Below are positions 28,698 to 40,253 of a stretch of 64,000 nt of DNA, in pieces; the first letter of the stretch is position 1, and the number at the start of each line of letters is the position of its first letter. The stretch is taken from the NCBI GenBank assembly GCA_002339675.1, contig DDKB01000019.1, positions 28,876 through 92,875 on the forward strand, in the 5' to 3' direction. The position numbers and the translations under genes are program-made. The notes beneath the pieces were generated by a model that was not told the origin of the DNA, searched no databases, and saw nothing but the letters and a program-made list of their open reading frames with translations. This DNA is from Stutzerimonas stutzeri (GTDB lineage Bacteria > Pseudomonadota > Gammaproteobacteria > Pseudomonadales > Pseudomonadaceae).

Positions 28698-29794
28698 TGA
28701 GCGATGCGGATCGGCTGAAGGCGCTGCGGCTGCGTATCGACAGTCTCGACGAAAGGATCCTCGAGCTGATCAGCGAGCGTGCGCGTTGTGCCCAGGACGT
28801 GGCGCGGGTCAAGACCGCGTCGCTGGCCGAGGGGGAAGAGGCGGTGTTCTACCGTCCCGAGCGCGAGGCCTGGGTGCTCAAGCACATCATGGAGCTGAAC
28901 AAGGGGCCGCTGGACAACGAGGAGATGGCGCGTTTGTTCCGCGAAATCATGTCGTCATGCCTGGCGCTGGAACAGCCGTTGAGGGTCGCTTATCTCGGTC
29001 CGGAGGGCACCTTCTCCCAGGCGGCGGCGCTTAAGCATTTTGGCCAGGCCGTGGTCAGCCAGCCCATGGCGGCCATCGACGAGGTGTTTCGCGAGGTGGT
29101 CGCCGGTGCGGTCAATTTCGGCGTGGTGCCGGTGGAAAACTCCACCGAGGGCGCGGTCAACCACACCCTCGACAGCTTTCTCGAGCACGACATCGTCATC
29201 TGTGGCGAGGTCGAGTTGCGTATCCACCACCACCTGCTGGTGGGCGAGACCACCAAGACCGATCGCATTACGCGCATCTATTCCCATGCGCAGTCGCTGG
29301 CCCAGTGCCGCAAATGGCTCGATGCGCACTACCCAAATGTCGAGCGCGTGGCCGTCTCCAGCAACGCCGACGCCGCCAAGCGCGTCAAGAGCGAGTGGAA
29401 CTCGGCGGCCATTGCCGGCGACATGGCTGCCCAGCTGTATGGCCTGACCAAGATCGCCGAGAAAATCGAGGACCGCCCGGACAATTCCACGCGCTTTCTC
29501 ATCATCGGCAGCCAGGACGTGCCACCGACAGGCGATGACAAGACCTCGATCATCGTATCCATGCGCAACAAGCCGGGCGCGCTGCACGAATTGCTGATGC
29601 CGTTCCACTCCAATGGCATCGACCTCACGCGGATCGAAACCCGTCCCTCGCGCAGCGGCAAATGGACCTATGTCTTCTTTATCGACTGCATCGGCCATCA
29701 CCAGGATCCGCTGATCAAGGATGTACTGGAGAAAATCGGCCCCGAAGCGGTAGCCCTGAAGGTGCTGGGCTCGTATCCCAAGGCGGTACTTTAA
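28697..29794 (+). CDS. pheA: Chorismate mutase/prephenate dehydratase
   Basis: N-terminal CM domain; YLGPEGTFS, PVENSTEG, NSTRF, ACT domain IETRPS. Confidence 0.97.
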   Translation: MSDADRLKALRLRIDSLDERILELISERARCAQDVARVKTASLAEGEEAVFYRPEREAWVLKHIMELNKGPLDNEEMARLFREIMSSCLALEQPLRVAYLGPEGTFSQAAALKHFGQAVVSQPMAAIDEVFREVVAGAVNFGVVPVENSTEGAVNHTLDSFLEHDIVICGEVELRIHHHLLVGETTKTDRITRIYSHAQSLAQCRKWLDAHYPNVERVAVSSNADAAKRVKSEWNSAAIAGDMAAQLYGLTKIAEKIEDRPDNSTRFLIIGSQDVPPTGDDKTSIIVSMRNKPGALHELLMPFHSNGIDLTRIETRPSRSGKWTYVFFIDCIGHHQDPLIKDVLEKIGPEAVALKVLGSYPKAVL

Positions 29795-29796
29795 AA

Positions 29797-29870
29797 AGCG
29801 GCTGGAAGCCGAAGTTGGAAGTCGAGAGCAACGCCGCGTGCTTCTGGCTTCGGGCTCCGGACTTTCCGCT
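29797..29870. repeat. Degenerate heptameric tandem inverted repeat
   Basis: GCTGGAA GCCGAA GTTGGAA GTCGAGA ... TTCTGGC TTCGGGC TCCGGAC TTTCCGC. Confidence 0.5.
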
Positions 29871-29884
29871 CAGCGGAGCTGAAT

Positions 29885-30994
29885 ATGTCCTGTGATTTCC
29901 TCGCCCTGGCTCAGCCAGGCGTGCAAAAACTCTCGCCCTATGTGCCGGGCAAGCCCGTGGATGAGCTGGCGCGCGAACTGGATCTCGATCCGGCGACCAT
30001 CGTCAAGCTGGCCAGCAACGAAAATCCGCTGGGCCCTAGCCCAAAGGTCATCGAGGCGATCAAGGCACAGCTCGACGAGCTGACCCGCTACCCGGATGGC
30101 AACGGCTTCGTGCTCAAGAGCAAGCTGGCCGAACGATATGCCGTCGACGTCGAGCAGGTGACGTTGGGCAATGGCTCCAACGACATCCTTGAGCTGGTCG
30201 CCCGGGCCTATCTGGCGCCAGGGCTGAACGCGGTATTCAGCGCGCACGCGTTCGCCGTCTACCCGATTGCCACCCAGGCCGTCGGCGCCCAGGCCAAGGC
30301 GGTGCCGGCCCGCGAGTGGGGCCATGACCTGGATGCCATGCTCGACGCCATCGACGAGCAGACGCGGGTGGTGTTCATCGCCAACCCCAACAACCCCACC
30401 GGGACCTGGTTCGCCGCCGACGCCCTCGAGCGCTTTCTTGCCGCCGTGCCCGAGCGGGTCCTGGTCGTGCTGGACGAGGCCTATATCGAATATGCCCAAG
30501 GCGACGAACTGCCGGACGGGCTGAAGTACTTGGCGGCGCATCCCAACCTGTTGGTGTCGCGTACCTTTTCCAAGGCGTACGGGCTCGCTGCGTTGCGCGT
30601 CGGTTATGCGATCTGCTCCACGGTGATTGCCGATGTGCTGAACCGCGTCCGTCAGCCATTCAACGTCAACAGCCTGGCCCTGGCGGCGGCCTGTGCAGCG
30701 CTGGACGACGAGGATTACCTGGCGCGGAGCCGTGCCTGCAACGCGGCTGGCATGGCACAGCTGGAGGCTGGTTTCAGCGCGCTGGGGCTTGACTGGATAC
30801 CGTCGCGGGGCAACTTCATCGCGGTCGACTTCGGCCGCGACGCCGCGCCTATCAACCAGGCCCTTCTTCGCGACGGCGTCATCGTGCGGCCGGTCGCCGG
30901 GTATGGCATGCCCAGCTTCCTGCGGGTGTCCATTGGTACCGAAGCCGAAAATGCGCGCTTTCTCGAGGTGCTGCGCAAGGTGCTCGGGCATTGA
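29885..30994 (+). CDS. hisC: Histidinol-phosphate/aromatic aminotransferase
   Basis: KLASNENP, NPNNPTG, DEAY, RTFSKAYGLAALRVG. Confidence 0.95.
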   Translation: MSCDFLALAQPGVQKLSPYVPGKPVDELARELDLDPATIVKLASNENPLGPSPKVIEAIKAQLDELTRYPDGNGFVLKSKLAERYAVDVEQVTLGNGSNDILELVARAYLAPGLNAVFSAHAFAVYPIATQAVGAQAKAVPAREWGHDLDAMLDAIDEQTRVVFIANPNNPTGTWFAADALERFLAAVPERVLVVLDEAYIEYAQGDELPDGLKYLAAHPNLLVSRTFSKAYGLAALRVGYAICSTVIADVLNRVRQPFNVNSLALAAACAALDDEDYLARSRACNAAGMAQLEAGFSALGLDWIPSRGNFIAVDFGRDAAPINQALLRDGVIVRPVAGYGMPSFLRVSIGTEAENARFLEVLRKVLGH

Positions 30995-33240
30995 GCAGAA
31001 CCCAAGACATGCGACGCCCGGCGGCGCCGAGGGTCGCGCGCCTGGTGGTTGTCGGTCTGGGGCTGATTGGGGCCTCGTTCGCCAAGGGAATGCGTGAGAG
31101 CGGCTGCTGCGGCGAGGTGGTCGGTTTCGACCTCGATGCCCGGTCGCGTGAGCTCGCGGTCGAATTGGGAATCGTGGATCGCTGCGCCGACAGTCTCGTG
31201 CACGCGTGTCAGGGCGCCGATGTCATCCAGCTGGCGGTCCCGATCCTGGCGATGGAACGTCTGCTCGCCGAACTGGCGGAAATCGACCTGGGCGAGGCGG
31301 TATTGACCGATGTGGGCAGTGCCAAGGGCAACGTGGTGCGCCGTGCGCGCGAGGTGTTCGGTCAGATGCCGGTGCGGTTCGTGCCGGGGCATCCGATAGC
31401 CGGCTCCGAACAGAGCGGCGTCACTGCTGCCAAAAGCACGCTTTTCCGGCGGCATAAGGTGATCCTCACGCCCCTGGCCGATACCGATCCGGCCGCCCTG
31501 GCGCTGGTGGGCGACCTCTGGCAGACCCTGGGCGCCGATGTCGAACACATGGATGTCCAGCACCACGATGAGGTGCTTGCCGCGACCAGCCACCTCCCGC
31601 ACCTGCTGGCGTTCGGGTTGGTCGATTCGCTGGCCAAGCGCAACGAGAACCTGGAGATATTCCGTTACGCGGCGGGCGGCTTTCGCGATTTTACCCGCAT
31701 CGCGGGCAGCGATCCGGTGATGTGGCACGACATCTTCCTCGCCAACCGCGGCGCAGTGCTGCAGACACTGGACGATTTTCGTGCCGACCTCGACGCATTG
31801 CGCGCCGCGGTCGATGAAGGAGACGGGCACACCCTGCTGGGCGTGTTTACACGCGCCCGGGCGGCCCGCGAACATTTCAGCAAAATACTGGCTCGCAGAG
31901 CCTATGTGGACGTTATGCATTCCAAAGACCTGATCTTCCTCGCCGAACCCGGTGGCAGCCTCAGCGGACATTTGCGCGTACCCGGCGACAAGTCCATCTC
32001 CCATCGCTCGATCATGCTCGGCTCACTGGCCGAGGGCACGACTGAAGTTGATGGTTTCCTCGAGGGCGAGGATGCGCTGGCGACCATCCAGGCATTTCGT
32101 GACATGGGCGTCGTGATCGAGGGCCCCAACCAGGGGCGTGTCACGGTGCATGGCGTCGGCCTGCACGGGTTGAAGCCGCCGCCAGGTCCGATCTACCTGG
32201 GTAACTCCGGGACCTCGATGCGCTTGCTTGCCGGCTTGCTGGCGGCACAGCCGTTCGACACGACGCTGACCGGCGACGCCTCGCTGTCCAAGCGCCCTAT
32301 GAACCGCGTCGCCAAGCCTCTGCGCGAGATGGGCGCGGTGATCGAGACGGCTGCCGAGGGGCGCCCGCCGCTGACGATTCGCGGCGGTCAGAAGCTGTCC
32401 GGCATGCACTACGACATGCCGATGGCCAGTGCCCAGGTCAAGTCCTGCCTGTTGCTGGCCGGGTTATATGCAGCGGAAAAGACCTCAGTCAGCGAGCCTG
32501 CGCCGACCCGGGATCACACCGAGAGGATGTTGCAGGGCTTTGGCTATCCGGTTCGGGTGGACGGCAACACCGCAACGGTCGAGTCCGGCCACGGTCTGCG
32601 CGCCACCCAGATCGAGGTTCCGGCTGACATTTCGTCATCGGCATTCTTTATGGTCGCCGCCAGCATCGCGCCCGGCTCGGACATCACCCTCGAGCACGTC
32701 GGTGTGAACCCGACCCGCACCGGTGTCATCGATATCCTCAGGCTGATGGGTGCCAATATCGAACTGAACAACCAGCGCGAAGTGGGCGGCGAGCCGGTCG
32801 CCGATATCCGCGTCCGTGCCGCTCAGCTCCGCGGCATCGATATCCCCGAGCACCTGGTGCCGCTGGCGATTGACGAATTCCCGGTGCTGTTCGTCGCCGC
32901 GAGCTGCGCCGAAGGTCGCACCACGTTGCGCGGTGCCGAGGAGCTGCGGGTCAAGGAGTCCGATCGCATCCAGGTCATGGCCGACGGGCTCCAGGCGCTT
33001 GGTGTCGATGCGACGCCGACGGCCGACGGTATCGTCATCGAAGGTGGCACTGCGCTGGGTGGTGGCGAGGTTTGGGCGCATGGCGATCATCGGATCGCGA
33101 TGTCCTTCAGCGTCGCCGCGCTGCGGGCTACCGCACCGATTCGCATCCATGATTGCGCCAACGTGGCCACCTCGTTCCCGAACTTCCTGGCACTGGCCGA
33201 GCGTGCCGGCATGCGCGTGGCCGTGGAGGACAACTCATGA
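30991..33240 (+). CDS. aroA: Bifunctional prephenate/cyclohexadienyl dehydrogenase - EPSP synthase (TyrA-AroA fusion); start may be ATG 31009
   Basis: GLGLIG Rossmann, [13 protein letters not shown]; then [35 protein letters not shown]. Confidence 0.95.
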   Translation: MSRTQDMRRPAAPRVARLVVVGLGLIGASFAKGMRESGCCGEVVGFDLDARSRELAVELGIVDRCADSLVHACQGADVIQLAVPILAMERLLAELAEIDLGEAVLTDVGSAKGNVVRRAREVFGQMPVRFVPGHPIAGSEQSGVTAAKSTLFRRHKVILTPLADTDPAALALVGDLWQTLGADVEHMDVQHHDEVLAATSHLPHLLAFGLVDSLAKRNENLEIFRYAAGGFRDFTRIAGSDPVMWHDIFLANRGAVLQTLDDFRADLDALRAAVDEGDGHTLLGVFTRARAAREHFSKILARRAYVDVMHSKDLIFLAEPGGSLSGHLRVPGDKSISHRSIMLGSLAEGTTEVDGFLEGEDALATIQAFRDMGVVIEGPNQGRVTVHGVGLHGLKPPPGPIYLGNSGTSMRLLAGLLAAQPFDTTLTGDASLSKRPMNRVAKPLREMGAVIETAAEGRPPLTIRGGQKLSGMHYDMPMASAQVKSCLLLAGLYAAEKTSVSEPAPTRDHTERMLQGFGYPVRVDGNTATVESGHGLRATQIEVPADISSSAFFMVAASIAPGSDITLEHVGVNPTRTGVIDILRLMGANIELNNQREVGGEPVADIRVRAAQLRGIDIPEHLVPLAIDEFPVLFVAASCAEGRTTLRGAEELRVKESDRIQVMADGLQALGVDATPTADGIVIEGGTALGGGEVWAHGDHRIAMSFSVAALRATAPIRIHDCANVATSFPNFLALAERAGMRVAVEDNS

Positions 33241-33923
33241 TCAGGCAGATCCCGGTCATCACCATTGACGGCCCGAGCGGCTCCGGCAAAGGCACCGTGG
33301 CGGCGCTGCTGGCGGCAAAGCTGGGATGGAATTTCCTCGACTCTGGCGCGCTGTACCGCCTGCTCGCCTTTGCGGCGCGCAACCACGGCGTCGACCTCAC
33401 CAACGAAGAGGCCCTCAAGCTGCTGGCCGCGCATCTCGATGTGCAATTCGGCGCATCCCAGGGGGCGGAAGGCATGCAGATCGTCCTGGAGGGCGAGGAT
33501 GTCACTCAGGCCATTCGCAACGAACAGGTCGGCGCTGGAGCCTCTCAGGTCGCGGCCTTGCCAGCCGTCCGTGAGGCTCTGCTGCAGCGGCAGAAAGCCT
33601 TTCGCGAGGCGCCCGGGCTGGTGGCGGACGGCCGCGACATGGGCACCGTGGTGTTTCCCGACGCGCCGCTGAAGGTATTTCTCACCGCCAGCGCGGAAGA
33701 GCGGGCCCGCCGCCGTTACCTGCAGTTGAAGAGCAAGGGTGATGATGTTAATCTCGCGAGTCTTCTCGATGAGATACGGGCGCGCGATGAGCGTGACACC
33801 GGACGCGAAGTGGCTCCCTTGAAGCCGGCAGACGATGCGGTTCAGCTCGATTCCACCGATCTTTCGATCGAGCAGGTGCTAGGACAGATTCTGAGCGAGG
33901 TCGCCAAGCGCGATTTCGCCTGA
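33237..33923 (+). CDS. cmk: Cytidylate kinase
   Basis: [32 protein letters not shown] overlap with aroA. Confidence 0.97.
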   Translation: MIRQIPVITIDGPSGSGKGTVAALLAAKLGWNFLDSGALYRLLAFAARNHGVDLTNEEALKLLAAHLDVQFGASQGAEGMQIVLEGEDVTQAIRNEQVGAGASQVAALPAVREALLQRQKAFREAPGLVADGRDMGTVVFPDAPLKVFLTASAEERARRRYLQLKSKGDDVNLASLLDEIRARDERDTGREVAPLKPADDAVQLDSTDLSIEQVLGQILSEVAKRDFA

Positions 33924-34096
33924 AGAGCGACCGCCGCGAGGCGGCCTGACGGTTTCTCGAGTTCGAGAGCTGTTAACAAGGAGGCATGTGGGAGACCAGA
34001 TCTAGTCCCGCAGGCCTTTTTTTATATGAATGAACCCACTTCTATCTGGGATGTGGAGATTGGGCGGATCCTCGCCCGAAAACAGCAGGAATAAAC

Positions 34097-35782
34097 ATGA
34101 GCGAAAGCTTTGCAGAACTTTTTGAAGAAAGCCTAAAAACCCTCGACATGCAGCCGGGTGCGATCATCACCGGCATCGTGGTCGACATCGACGGTGACTG
34201 GGTCACTGTTCATGCCGGTCTGAAGTCCGAGGGCGTCATCCCGGTCGAGCAGTTCTACAACGAGCAGGGCGAGCTGACCATCAGCGTGGGTGACGAAGTT
34301 CACGTTGCGCTGGACGCGGTTGAAGATGGCTTCGGTGAAACCAAGCTGTCCCGCGAAAAAGCCAAGCGTGCAGAGTGCTGGATTGTTCTGGAAGCGGCTT
34401 TCGCAGCTGAGGAAGTGGTCAAGGGCGTTATCAACGGTAAGGTTAAGGGCGGCTTCACGGTCGACGTTAACGGCATCCGTGCGTTCCTGCCAGGTTCCCT
34501 GGTTGATGTCCGTCCAGTGCGTGATACCACTCACCTGGAAGGCAAGGAACTCGAATTCAAGGTCATCAAGCTCGACCAGAAGCGCAACAACGTTGTCGTT
34601 TCCCGTCGTAGCGTCCTGGAAGCTGAGAACAGCGCCGAGCGCGAAGCGCTGCTGGAATCGCTGCAGGAAGGCCAGCAGGTCAAGGGTATCGTCAAGAACC
34701 TCACCGACTACGGCGCGTTCGTCGACCTGGGCGGCGTGGACGGCCTGCTGCACATCACCGACATGGCCTGGAAGCGCATCAAGCATCCGTCGGAAATCGT
34801 CAACGTTGGCGACGAGATCGACGTCAAGGTGCTGAAGTTCGACCGCGAGCGCAACCGCGTATCGCTGGGTCTGAAGCAGCTGGGCGAAGACCCATGGGTT
34901 GCCATCAAGGCTCGCTACCCGGAAAACACCCGCGTCATGGCTCGCGTTACCAACCTGACCGACTACGGCTGCTTCGCCGAGCTGGAAGAGGGCGTCGAAG
35001 GCCTGGTACACGTGTCCGAAATGGACTGGACCAACAAGAACATCCACCCGTCGAAGGTCGTTCAGGTCGGCGACGAAGTGGAAGTCATGGTTCTGGACAT
35101 CGACGAAGAGCGTCGTCGTATCTCCCTGGGCATCAAGCAGTGCAAGTCCAACCCATGGGAAGACTTCTCTGGCCAGTTCAACAAGGGCGACCGCATCTCC
35201 GGCACCATCAAGTCGATCACCGATTTCGGTATCTTCATTGGTCTGGACGGTGGCATCGACGGTCTGGTTCACCTGTCCGACATCTCCTGGAACGAAGCTG
35301 GCGAAGAAGCCGTGCGTCGCTTCAAGAAGGGCGACGAGCTGGACACCGTCATTCTGTCGGTCGATCCGGAGCGTGAGCGCATCTCCCTGGGCATCAAGCA
35401 GCTGGAAGACGATCCGTTCTCCAACTATGCCGCCGTCAATGACAAAGGCAGCATCGTTCGTGGCATCGTGAAAGAAGTTGACGCCAAAGGCGCCATCATC
35501 GACCTGGGCAACGATATCGAAGCGACGCTGAAAGCCTCTGAAATCAGCCGTGACCGCGTTGAAGATGCGCGTAACGTCCTGAAGGAAGGCGAAGAAGTCG
35601 AAGCCAAGATCATCAGCATCGACCGCAAGAGCCGTGTTATCAGCCTGTCCATCAAGTCGAAAGACGTCGAGGACGAGAAGGACGCGATGAAGGAACTGCG
35701 TACCAAGCAGGACGTAGAGCCGGCAGCCGGTCCGACCACCATCGGTGATCTGATCCGCGCGCAAATGGAAAACCAGAACTAA
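34097..35782 (+). CDS. rpsA: 30S ribosomal protein S1
   Basis: [12 protein letters not shown]; six S1 repeats. Confidence 0.99.
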   Translation: MSESFAELFEESLKTLDMQPGAIITGIVVDIDGDWVTVHAGLKSEGVIPVEQFYNEQGELTISVGDEVHVALDAVEDGFGETKLSREKAKRAECWIVLEAAFAAEEVVKGVINGKVKGGFTVDVNGIRAFLPGSLVDVRPVRDTTHLEGKELEFKVIKLDQKRNNVVVSRRSVLEAENSAEREALLESLQEGQQVKGIVKNLTDYGAFVDLGGVDGLLHITDMAWKRIKHPSEIVNVGDEIDVKVLKFDRERNRVSLGLKQLGEDPWVAIKARYPENTRVMARVTNLTDYGCFAELEEGVEGLVHVSEMDWTNKNIHPSKVVQVGDEVEVMVLDIDEERRRISLGIKQCKSNPWEDFSGQFNKGDRISGTIKSITDFGIFIGLDGGIDGLVHLSDISWNEAGEEAVRRFKKGDELDTVILSVDPERERISLGIKQLEDDPFSNYAAVNDKGSIVRGIVKEVDAKGAIIDLGNDIEATLKASEISRDRVEDARNVLKEGEEVEAKIISIDRKSRVISLSIKSKDVEDEKDAMKELRTKQDVEPAAGPTTIGDLIRAQMENQN

Positions 35783-35796
35783 GTTCTGCAATCCAT

Positions 35797-35825
35797 AAAA
35801 AGGGCGACTTCGGTCGCCCTTTTTT
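35797..35825 (+). terminator. Bidirectional Rho-independent terminator after rpsA
   Basis: AAAAAGGGCGAC-TTCG-GTCGCCCTTTTTT. Confidence 0.9.
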
Positions 35826-36134
35826 GTGCGTGTAGTGTCCTGAGTGGCTTGAAGGAACGGCTCGGCTGGTTGTCGGCGAGTTGCCTGGCGAAGCGCGTGA
35901 GCGTCGCCGGGTACTCCGCTTCGATGGCGATGGCCGTCGCGGTGCCGGACCCCGGCATCTCATGGTGTATGGTCACGCGCAGCGCTTCTTTGCCGGATCA
36001 CTCTCGTGTGGGGCAAGCTGCTATCGGCTGGAGCGGCCGCAGGGTGCCTGCGTCCGCGTCAGGGCGGAGCCCAAGGCCGCCCAGTCCGGCACTGATATCA
36101 TCGGGCCCACTGCTGGGCGTGCCGGGACGTCGCG

Positions 36135-36608
36135 TCAGTCGCTTGTCGGCTTGTTCCGCTCGACTGTTGGTCGGATGGCGCTTTCGGCAAGCATTTGATT
36201 CACGGCCAGCCAGCCGGCCACAGCATCTTCATCGGCCTGCCTGAACGCGCGTTCGAGCAGTCGTACCTGTTCGCGGCGTAGCGCCTGCTCCAGCTTGGCA
36301 CCTTCAGGGGTGAAACGCAGCATGCGCTTGCGCTTGTCATCTTCAGCGGTCCTGCTTTCCACCAGATGCATCTCGATCAGCTGCCGCATCGGTGTGTTCA
36401 GCGCCTGCTTGCTGACCCCTAGGTAGCTCAGCAGCTCCTTGACGCTCAGGTCGGGATAGCTGGCGATGAAGAACAGGATGCGGTGATGCACGCGTGACAG
36501 GCCGCGGCGGGCCAGCATCTCGTCCGGCTTGGCCGTGAAGGCCTGGTAGCCATGGAAAAAGGTCTCCATGATCTGGCGCTGCACAGTACTTTTTTTTAGG
36601 TCAGGCAT
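36135..36608 (-). CDS. MarR-family transcriptional regulator
   Basis: Start MPDLKK; GLSRVHHRIL...LGVSKQALN...DKRKRMLRFTPEG; divergent from the aminotransferase. Confidence 0.88.
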   Translation of the reverse strand: MPDLKKSTVQRQIMETFFHGYQAFTAKPDEMLARRGLSRVHHRILFFIASYPDLSVKELLSYLGVSKQALNTPMRQLIEMHLVESRTAEDDKRKRMLRFTPEGAKLEQALRREQVRLLERAFRQADEDAVAGWLAVNQMLAESAIRPTVERNKPTSD

Positions 36609-36688
36609 ATTGACGTATTCGCGAGCGAGGGCGTAATTTGAGTCAAAGAGTTTGACCCATTTTTCGTCTCCTTGCATCCGGTGCCCAC

Positions 36689-37855
36689 ATGGCCTTCTCC
36701 GAACGCGTCGACCGCCTGAAAAGCTCGCTTATCCGTGAAATACTCGCCGCTGCCCAGCGGCCGGAAGTGATGTCGTTCGCCGGTGGTTTGCCCGCTGAGC
36801 CGATGCTGCCGAAAGTTCAGTGGGCGGATATGCCTGCCAGCATGGGGCAGTACGGCATGAGCGAAGGCGAGCCGGCGCTGCGTGAAGCCGTCGCGGCTGA
36901 AGCGAGGGCGTTGGGCATCGACTGCACCGCCAGCCAGGTGCTCATCGTCAGCGGGTCGCAGCAGACCCTCGATCTGGCCGCCAAGCTGTTCATCGATCGC
37001 GGCACCGAGGTGCTGCTGGAATCGCCCACCTACCTTGCCGCGTTGCAGACATTCCAGCTGTTCGGTGCGAGCTGCCTGGCGGTGCCACAGGAAGCGGACG
37101 GCCCTTCGCTGGCCGTCCTGCGGCAGCGTCTCGAGCAGCACAGGCCTGCCTTCGCGTACCTTATACCGACCTTTCAGAACCCCTCGGCCGTGCGCTACAG
37201 CGAAGCCAAGCGGGATGCCGTCGCGGCCTTGCTCGATGAGTTCGGCGTGACCCTGATCGAGGATGAGCCGTACCGCGAGCTGGTCTTCGATGACGGCAGT
37301 GCCAGCCCGGTGGTGGCGCGGATGCGCAAGGCCAGCTGGATTTACACCGGCACCGTGTCCAAGACCCTCCTGCCCGGGCTGCGGGTGGGCTATCTGATCG
37401 CCACGCCGGATCTGTTTCCCTACCTGTTGCGGCTCAAGCAGGCTGCGGACCTGCACACCAACCGCATCGGGCAGTGGCAGGCGCTGCAATGGCTGGGAAG
37501 CGATGCGTACCGGGCCCATCTCGCCGATCTCCGGCAGTTCTACCGTCAGCGCCGTGACGCGATGCAGGCCGCGCTGGAGGAGCACTTCGGTGACCTCGCC
37601 GACTGGCAATTGCCGCCGGGTGGGCTGTTCTTCTGGTTGCAGCTCAAGCAGCCCGTGGATACGCGGACGTTGCTCAAGCCTGCGCTGGAGCAGGATGTCG
37701 CCTTCATGCCGGGCGAGCCGTTCTTCGTAGACCCTGAGCAGAATCCCGGCTATCTGCGACTCAATTTCAGCCATGTGGCGCCGGAGCGCCTCAATGAGGG
37801 CGTTCGTCGGCTAGCCCAAGTGGTTCGCCAGGCCAGTCTGACCGAAGCGGCCTGA
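36689..37855 (+). CDS. PLP-dependent aminotransferase (class I, ARO8-like)
   Basis: SFAGGLP, SGSQQ, PTFQNP, IEDEPY, SKTLLPGLRVG. Confidence 0.9.
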   Translation: MAFSERVDRLKSSLIREILAAAQRPEVMSFAGGLPAEPMLPKVQWADMPASMGQYGMSEGEPALREAVAAEARALGIDCTASQVLIVSGSQQTLDLAAKLFIDRGTEVLLESPTYLAALQTFQLFGASCLAVPQEADGPSLAVLRQRLEQHRPAFAYLIPTFQNPSAVRYSEAKRDAVAALLDEFGVTLIEDEPYRELVFDDGSASPVVARMRKASWIYTGTVSKTLLPGLRVGYLIATPDLFPYLLRLKQAADLHTNRIGQWQALQWLGSDAYRAHLADLRQFYRQRRDAMQAALEEHFGDLADWQLPPGGLFFWLQLKQPVDTRTLLKPALEQDVAFMPGEPFFVDPEQNPGYLRLNFSHVAPERLNEGVRRLAQVVRQASLTEAA

Positions 37856-37889
37856 TCCAGGCCGGGCGTATTGCGCGCAGGAGATTGCG

Positions 37890-38495
37890 ATGACAGTCAA
37901 GGTGTACGGGGATTACCGGTCCGGCAACTGCTACAAGATCAAGCTGATGCTGAATCTGCTGGGCCGGGAGTATCAATGGGTGCCGGTGGATATTCTGCGT
38001 GGTGAGAGCCGCGAGCCTTCCTTCCTGAAAAAGAACCCCAACGGCAAGATTCCGGTGCTCGAACTCGAGGACGGTACCTGCCTGTGGGAGTCGAATGCGA
38101 TCCTCAATTTCCTCGCTGAAGGCTCGGCGTTTCTCCCCACCGATCCGCGGCTGCGAACCCAGGTGCTGCAGTGGCAGTTTTTCGAGCAGTACAGCCACGA
38201 GCCGTTCCTTGCGGTGGCGCGTTTCATCAAGGTCTACCTTGGCTTGCCGGACGATCGGCTCGAGGAGTACGCCGCCAAGCAGCTCGACGGTTATCACGCA
38301 CTGGATGTTATGGAGCAGCAGCTGCTGCGCACGCCCTATCTGGTGGGCGATGGGTATTCAATCGCGGATGTGGCGCTGTACGCCTATACCCACGTGGCGG
38401 AAGAGGGCGGCTTTCACCTGGACAACTACCCGGCGATCACGGCATGGCTGCAGCGGGTCGCCAGCCATCCCCGGCATGTCGGTATGTTCGACTGA
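37890..38495 (+). CDS. Glutathione S-transferase family protein
   Basis: SGNCYK, NPNGKIPVL, ESNAIL, SIADVALY. Confidence 0.92.
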   Translation: MTVKVYGDYRSGNCYKIKLMLNLLGREYQWVPVDILRGESREPSFLKKNPNGKIPVLELEDGTCLWESNAILNFLAEGSAFLPTDPRLRTQVLQWQFFEQYSHEPFLAVARFIKVYLGLPDDRLEEYAAKQLDGYHALDVMEQQLLRTPYLVGDGYSIADVALYAYTHVAEEGGFHLDNYPAITAWLQRVASHPRHVGMFD

Positions 38496-38582
38496 CACCC
38501 TCGGCAGGCGCGGGCAGTGCCAGCCGGAACGCGTACCCGCCGGCGACCCCGGTAATCCCGCGATCGAGCCTGACCACAGCGG

Positions 38583-39128
38583 CTACCGGACCAGGCCGAG
38601 GAATTCGCTGCGCGTCGCGGCGTTCTCGCGGAACTGGCCGAGCATGACCGAGGTGACCATCGAGGAGTTCTGCTTTTCCACGCCCCGCATCATCATGCAC
38701 ATGTGCTGGGCTTCGATGACCACGGCCACGCCCCACGCGCCGGTTACGGTCTGCACCGCCTCGGCGATCTCGCGGGTCAGGTTTTCCTGGATCTGCAGGC
38801 GGCGCGCATACATCTCGACGATGCGGGCGACCTTCGACAGGCCGAGCACCTTGCCGTTGGGCAGGTAGGCGACGTGCGCCTTGCCGATGAAGGGCAGCAT
38901 ATGATGCTCACACAGTGAGTACAGCTCGATGTTCTTGACCAGCACCATTTCACTGTTGTCGGAGCTGAACAGCGCGCCGTTGGTGACTTCCTCAAGCGTC
39001 TGTTGGTAGCCCTTGCACAGGTACTGCATGGCTTTGGCGGCGCGCTTGGGCGTGTCGAGCAGGCCCTCGCGGTTGACGTCCTCACCCAGCTGGCCAAGGA
39101 TCGCGGTGTAATGTGTTTCCAGGGACAT
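38583..39128 (-). CDS. folE: GTP cyclohydrolase I
   Basis: [33 protein letters not shown]. Confidence 0.96.
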   Translation of the reverse strand: MSLETHYTAILGQLGEDVNREGLLDTPKRAAKAMQYLCKGYQQTLEEVTNGALFSSDNSEMVLVKNIELYSLCEHHMLPFIGKAHVAYLPNGKVLGLSKVARIVEMYARRLQIQENLTREIAEAVQTVTGAWGVAVVIEAQHMCMMMRGVEKQNSSMVTSVMLGQFRENAATRSEFLGLVR

Positions 39129-39235
39129 GTGACTACCTGACAGGCTTGCGGAAAAGCGCGAGTGCGAAGGGTAGGGGCTCGGCCGCCAGGCTGCAAGCAG
39201 CACGGGGCGAGCGTGTATGCGCGCCGCTGCGGTGG

Positions 39236-39793
39236 CTACTCGTCACGACCGTCGAGCATGGTTCGCTTGAGGATGACGTAGACCGCGCCCGTGCCGCCGT
39301 GCCGCGGCAGGCAGGAGCTGAAGCCGAGCACTTGCGGATGCTGGCGCAACCAAGTGTTGACATGGCTCTTGATCATCGGCCGCTTGCCGTCCTTGCGGGC
39401 TGCCTTGCCGTGGGTCACGCGCACGCAGCGAATCTCGAAGCGGCAGGCTTCGGCGAGAAAGTCCCAGAGCAGCTCGCGGGCCTTTTCGACACTCAGTCCG
39501 TGCAGATCCAGGCTGCCTTCGAACGGGATCTGGCCGGCTTTGAGCTTGCGCAGCTGGCTGTCCTGGACGCCATCGCGCGCCCAATAGAGCGCGTCCTCGG
39601 CGGCGACGTCGATTACGAACAGGTCGGATAGCCCGTCGATCCGGGTCTGGCCGTCGTCGATTACCGCGTTGGCGCGTCGCGTGGCGATCTGGGCTCGGTT
39701 GCTACGGGGTTTGCCGGTGTCGGCCCGGTCGTGTTCGATCGGCTTGACGCCGCGAACCGCTGACTTGAACAGCGCAAAATCGTCTTCTTGCAT
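39236..39793 (-). CDS. Smr domain endonuclease
   Basis: [20 protein letters not shown]. Confidence 0.9.
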   Translation of the reverse strand: MQEDDFALFKSAVRGVKPIEHDRADTGKPRSNRAQIATRRANAVIDDGQTRIDGLSDLFVIDVAAEDALYWARDGVQDSQLRKLKAGQIPFEGSLDLHGLSVEKARELLWDFLAEACRFEIRCVRVTHGKAARKDGKRPMIKSHVNTWLRQHPQVLGFSSCLPRHGGTGAVYVILKRTMLDGRDE

Positions 39794-39856
39794 GTGCCCT
39801 CCGCATGTGCGCGACGATTTTACCCGAACGCGCGGCGATACGACCCTGACGTGGGC

Positions 39857-40174
39857 TCAGCGACGCTTCTTCAACCGTGGCGACAGGCTCAGCGCGCCGG
39901 GTTCGCGCGATTGCCGGCGAGCCAGGCGGCGCATCAGCATTCCAAGTAGCAGCAGCGCAAGGCCGAGCGACAGCGCCGTGATGGCCGCTTCGTGCTCCAG
40001 GCTGTAACCGGCAAGAACATCGCGGCTGTCGAGCAGCGAGATCGCGCCAAGGCTGGCCAAGGCGACCCCGGCAAGAACCAGCAGCACGCCCAAGGCGGCC
40101 GCGAGGCGCGCGCCCAGACTGCGCGATGATTGCGGACGCAGGCGCCGGGCGTCGAAGCCGTTGGATCGTTTCAT
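39857..40174 (-). CDS. Small membrane protein, unknown function
   Basis: Two hydrophobic helices; GAGG RBS; co-oriented with neighbours. Confidence 0.7.
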   Translation of the reverse strand: MKRSNGFDARRLRPQSSRSLGARLAAALGVLLVLAGVALASLGAISLLDSRDVLAGYSLEHEAAITALSLGLALLLLGMLMRRLARRQSREPGALSLSPRLKKRR

Positions 40175-40253
40175 TGCGCTTACCTCGTCAGAACTGGCGA
40201 CGACCGCGGCGGCGGTCAGGGGGCATCATGGCCGGGTAAGGCGGCAGATCGCA

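Noticed and set aside
30991..33240. TyrA-AroA fusion as a novelty
   Set aside because: Known arrangement in pseudomonads
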